NCBI GenBank assembly: GCA_036654095.1
Contig: JAVVSR010000001.1
Span: forward strand, 159,987-223,986
DNA length: 64,000 bases
DNA from: Clostridia bacterium
Lineage (GTDB): Bacteria > Bacillota > Clostridia > Christensenellales > CAG-917
Direction: 5' to 3'
The first letter of the stretch is position 1. Each line of letters begins with the position of its first letter. Under the pieces are notes generated by a model. That model was not told the DNA's origin. It made no database searches and saw nothing but the letters and a program-made list of their open reading frames with translations. The position numbers and the translations under genes are program-made. Positions 60,734 through 64,000 of this stretch are shown piece after piece.

Positions 60734-63087
60734 TGGACTTAAAAGCTCTAAAAACACTTGAATTTTATAAGGTACTCGATATTTTAAAACAATTTGCGTC
60801 ATCATCTAAAGCTCGTGAGAAAATTGAAAATATTGTACCTTCTGAAGATATTGTCACCGCGGAACGCTTGCTTGCCGAAACAGCGGAGGCTGACCGCGTT
60901 CTTTTTGAATTTGCTACCGACCCTAACTTTGCTGTTGACGATATTACACTTTCACTTGACCGAGCTAAAAAAATGTCCGTTCTCACTATGGGTGAATTGC
61001 TAAAAGTTTCGTGCGTTTTGCGTGTTGGTAGAGTTCTTAAACAAACTATTGCGCGAGTTCCTGAACTTTCAGTTATTACTGATTTTTCTAATGAGTTATT
61101 TACAAATCACGCTTTGGAAGAACGAATTGATAAATCTATTATCAGCGACAGCGAAATGAGCGACGACGCCTCGCCGGAACTTCGAGCATTGCGTGTGAAA
61201 ATTCGTAGATGCAATGATAATGTTAAAACTAAATTAAATAGTTATATTTCCGCTTCGCAATACCAAAAATATTTACAAGATAATTTGATTACAATGCGTA
61301 GCGATAGATACGTTATTCCGGTTAAATCCGAATACAAAGGTCAAATTTCGGGGCTAGTTCACGACCAATCTTCGTCGGGCGCTACTTTGTATATTGAACC
61401 TATGGCTATTGTTGAATTAAATAATGAACTGAAACAGCTAATATTAAGTGAACAACTTGAAATTGAGCGTATCCTACGTGAACTCACCGCTGGAGTCGCT
61501 GCTGATGTAGTTGAAATATCGTCTAACTTTGAAATTATTACTAACCTTGACGTCATTTTTGCGCGCGCTAAACTTGCTCGAAAATTGCACGCATCTTGTC
61601 CAAAAATCAACTCTAAGGGTTACGTAAACATCATAAATGGTCGCCATCCGCTTATCGATAAGGATAAAGTTAAGCCAATTTCAATATATTTTGGACGAGA
61701 TTTTGACATTATGTTAATAACAGGCCCGAATGCAGGCGGAAAAACGGTCACGCTAAAACTTGTTGGACTTTGTCAGCTTATGGGCTTATCGGGTATGTTT
61801 ATTCCATCTTCAAGCGGAAGTGAAATTTCAATATTTGATAATATCTTTTGCGATATCGGCGACGAACAGTCTATTGAACAATCTTTGTCAACATTTTCGG
61901 GTCATATGACTAATATCATTTCGTTTATTGACCGAATTACCAACAATTCATTGCTCCTTTTGGACGAATTGGGCGCTGGTACCGACCCGTCAGAAGGCTC
62001 GGCGCTTGCTGTTGCGATTACAAAATATATCAAAAAAATTGGAAGCAAGGCTGTTATTACTTCACACTTTAACGATTTAAAAGAATTTGCTATTTCAACC
62101 AAACGTGTCGGAAGCGCATCTATGGATTTTAATATCAAAACTTTTGAACCAACTTATAGGCTTCTAATTGGCATTTCAGGCGCATCAAATGCTTTGCAAA
62201 TTGCAAAACGTCTTGGCTTAAAAAGTGAAATTATCGAAGTCGCTGAAAGTTTTCTATCCGACGAAACTAAAAACTTTGAACGAGTTTTAATGTCTGCTGA
62301 AGTTGCGAGAAAGCAGGCGGAAGAATTAATTGAACAGTCTAAAACAAATAAATTACTCGCTGAAACTGAACTAAAAAATATTCAAATCGAATTGGCTAGA
62401 CTTCGCGAAAACAACGATAAGCTTAACGAACAAATTAGAAAAGAAACTAAAAAACTTATTGAACAAAGCGTCGATGAGGCAAATGATATTCTTGACGAGA
62501 TGAAAGATTTATTGAAGCAGTCAGATATGGAGTCATTATTTGAAGCGCGTCGTTTGAAAAAAAAGCTTGAAAATATGTCGGCAAATTATTCTGAACCTGA
62601 TGACATCGGCAAAATGGACAATAGCCTTATTTATGATGATACTGCGATTGTTCCGGGCGATGAAATCTATATTAAAAGTTTAGATAAAGTTGGTAAAGTA
62701 CTTTTTGTAGGGAAAAAAGATGAATATGAAGTGGCTTTAGGTAGTGTCAAAACCCAAATTAAAGCTATTGACTGCAAAAAAATTGTGACAATAAATAAAA
62801 AACCTCCACAGTTCAACGTTTCCAAAACTTTTTCAAATGCGTCGGCAAAAAGCGAACTAAATTTAATCGGCAAAAACGTTGACGAGGCTTTGTATGAACT
62901 CGACGAATATCTTTACAATTCCGTATCTGGAAATTTAAGCGAAGTTCGTATTGTTCACGGTAAAGGTACGGGTATTTTGCGTCAGGCTGTGCAGAAGTTT
63001 CTAGCAAAACACTCTACTGTTTTAGAATTTCGCGATGGATTGTACGGCGAGGGCGATAGAGGCGTTACCATCGTTAAACTTAAATAA
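60733..63087 (+). CDS. mutS2: Endonuclease MutS2 (MutS domain plus C-terminal Smr)
   Basis: 784 aa. Walker A GPNAGGKT, LLDELGAGTDP, a coiled-coil region and the Smr domain (VRIVHGKGTGILR). Confidence 0.95.
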   Translation: MDLKALKTLEFYKVLDILKQFASSSKAREKIENIVPSEDIVTAERLLAETAEADRVLFEFATDPNFAVDDITLSLDRAKKMSVLTMGELLKVSCVLRVGRVLKQTIARVPELSVITDFSNELFTNHALEERIDKSIISDSEMSDDASPELRALRVKIRRCNDNVKTKLNSYISASQYQKYLQDNLITMRSDRYVIPVKSEYKGQISGLVHDQSSSGATLYIEPMAIVELNNELKQLILSEQLEIERILRELTAGVAADVVEISSNFEIITNLDVIFARAKLARKLHASCPKINSKGYVNIINGRHPLIDKDKVKPISIYFGRDFDIMLITGPNAGGKTVTLKLVGLCQLMGLSGMFIPSSSGSEISIFDNIFCDIGDEQSIEQSLSTFSGHMTNIISFIDRITNNSLLLLDELGAGTDPSEGSALAVAITKYIKKIGSKAVITSHFNDLKEFAISTKRVGSASMDFNIKTFEPTYRLLIGISGASNALQIAKRLGLKSEIIEVAESFLSDETKNFERVLMSAEVARKQAEELIEQSKTNKLLAETELKNIQIELARLRENNDKLNEQIRKETKKLIEQSVDEANDILDEMKDLLKQSDMESLFEARRLKKKLENMSANYSEPDDIGKMDNSLIYDDTAIVPGDEIYIKSLDKVGKVLFVGKKDEYEVALGSVKTQIKAIDCKKIVTINKKPPQFNVSKTFSNASAKSELNLIGKNVDEALYELDEYLYNSVSGNLSEVRIVHGKGTGILRQAVQKFLAKHSTVLEFRDGLYGEGDRGVTIVKLK

Positions 63088-63088
63088 T

Positions 63089-63586
63089 ATGCTACCAAAC
63101 TATTTTGTGCAAACTGAATTTAATGACAGCGAAAATGAACGCAAAATTGTAAAAAAACTTTTACTTTCGTCGTATATTATAAAAGTTTTATCGCTAACTT
63201 TTTTATTTTTGCTTTTTAAAAGTTCCTGGTTTTTAATTGGATTTGTTTTAACATATTCAATAGGTATTGCATTTCGTCAAAGCGTATTACAACGTATTGC
63301 GCGTTTTGAATATTTTTACGTAAATGGACATTTAAAAATATCTAACGTTACTAATTTTGATAAGGTTAGTTTACTTGCTGATATCAACGTTTCAGACATA
63401 ATTAACTTTGATAAAACTTCTACAAAAAACTGCGCCGAAGAAATTGTCGCCGCAACCGACAGCGAAACATACTGCAAGATTACCTATAAAGATGGCGAAA
63501 AAACAAAAAACTTATTGTTTTTACCTAGCAAATATTTGCTATCTTTAATAAAATATAAATGGAAAAATGAAAATGATTTATCTTGA
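63089..63586 (+). CDS. Hypothetical membrane protein
   Basis: About 165 aa from ATG 63089, 1 nt after the mutS2 stop. A two-TM hairpin (IIKVLSLTFLFLLF, WFLIGFVLTYSIGIAF). No family recognised. Confidence 0.5.
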   Translation: MLPNYFVQTEFNDSENERKIVKKLLLSSYIIKVLSLTFLFLLFKSSWFLIGFVLTYSIGIAFRQSVLQRIARFEYFYVNGHLKISNVTNFDKVSLLADINVSDIINFDKTSTKNCAEEIVAATDSETYCKITYKDGEKTKNLLFLPSKYLLSLIKYKWKNENDLS

Positions 63587-64000
63587 TAATGCTGCAACAA
63601 CAAAAATGGACGAAATGTGTATTAATTCCTTTATTAAATATGGAATTGAAAACTTTTATAATCCTTCATCGCTTTATCAGCCATCGGTAGAAGTATCGCG
63701 GGCAATCAAAGAAGCAAGGGAAGGCCTGTTATCTTTATTAAGAGGCGTTGGCGGCGAGCTTATTTTTACCGCGAGTGGCACTGAAGCCGACAATATGGCT
63801 GTTTTTGGTACAAGAAAAACAAAAAATTCACGTATAATAATATCAGCAGGCGAACATCAAGCTGTAAATAATCCTGCGCTTGAGCTTAAACAACGCGGAT
63901 TTCAAGTGGATTTTGCGCCACTAAATAATGACGGAAGTTTAAATATTTTGGAATTCACTAAATTACTTTCAGATGATGTTTCATTTATTTCAATTATGCA
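63567..64000 (+). CDS. Cysteine desulfurase (class V aminotransferase, NifS/IscS-like), 3'-truncated by the window end
   Basis: Manual translation gives (MK)MIYLDNAATTKMD...FYNPSSLY......AREGLLSLL......LIFTASGTEADNMAV......ISAGEHQAV. This ORF is not in the ORF track because it runs off the window. Confidence 0.8.
   Translation, partial: MKMIYLDNAATTKMDEMCINSFIKYGIENFYNPSSLYQPSVEVSRAIKEAREGLLSLLRGVGGELIFTASGTEADNMAVFGTRKTKNSRIIISAGEHQAVNNPALELKQRGFQVDFAPLNNDGSLNILEFTKLLSDDVSFISIM

Overview
AT-rich chromosomal segment from an endospore-forming Firmicute of Clostridia type. The evidence is the spoIIAA-spoIIAB-sigF, spoVAC/AD/AE and yunB genes, a SCIFF peptide with its radical SAM maturase, and the ctsR-mcsA-mcsB-clpC operon. 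The window is almost entirely densely packed housekeeping genes. These cover DNA repair and recombination (dinB, ruvCAB, recJ, recA, mutS2), the queuosine genes queA and tgt, secretion (yajC, secDF), the stringent response gene relA, RNA turnover (rpsO-pnp, rny), and ftsK, rimO, pgsA, pheST behind a T-box leader, pgi and a malic enzyme. A six-gene tRNA operon sits on the minus strand. I found no CRISPR array, transposase, integrase, prophage or other mobile element. All calls come from reading the translated ORFs and the DNA by eye; no database search was run. The best candidate for something undescribed is a tandem pair of paralogous, very cysteine-rich small proteins (48699-49375) that I cannot place in any family. 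They lie in an AT-rich pocket between rny and the tRNA/spoIIA locus. Secondary oddities:
- a promoter-leader-terminator unit in front of a TM1266-like ACT protein and a NitT/TauT-type ABC transporter
- an orphan ABC-ATPase homologue with every catalytic motif substituted, start/stop-overlapped with a YfbR-like HD nucleotidase
- a 153-nt structured spacer inside the tRNA operon
- a roughly 500-aa low-complexity linker in FtsK
- a long U32-family protein with an intact Cx6Cx15Cx3C motif, overlapping the pheT stop
Most of the window is ordinary core genome, and the interest scores reflect that.
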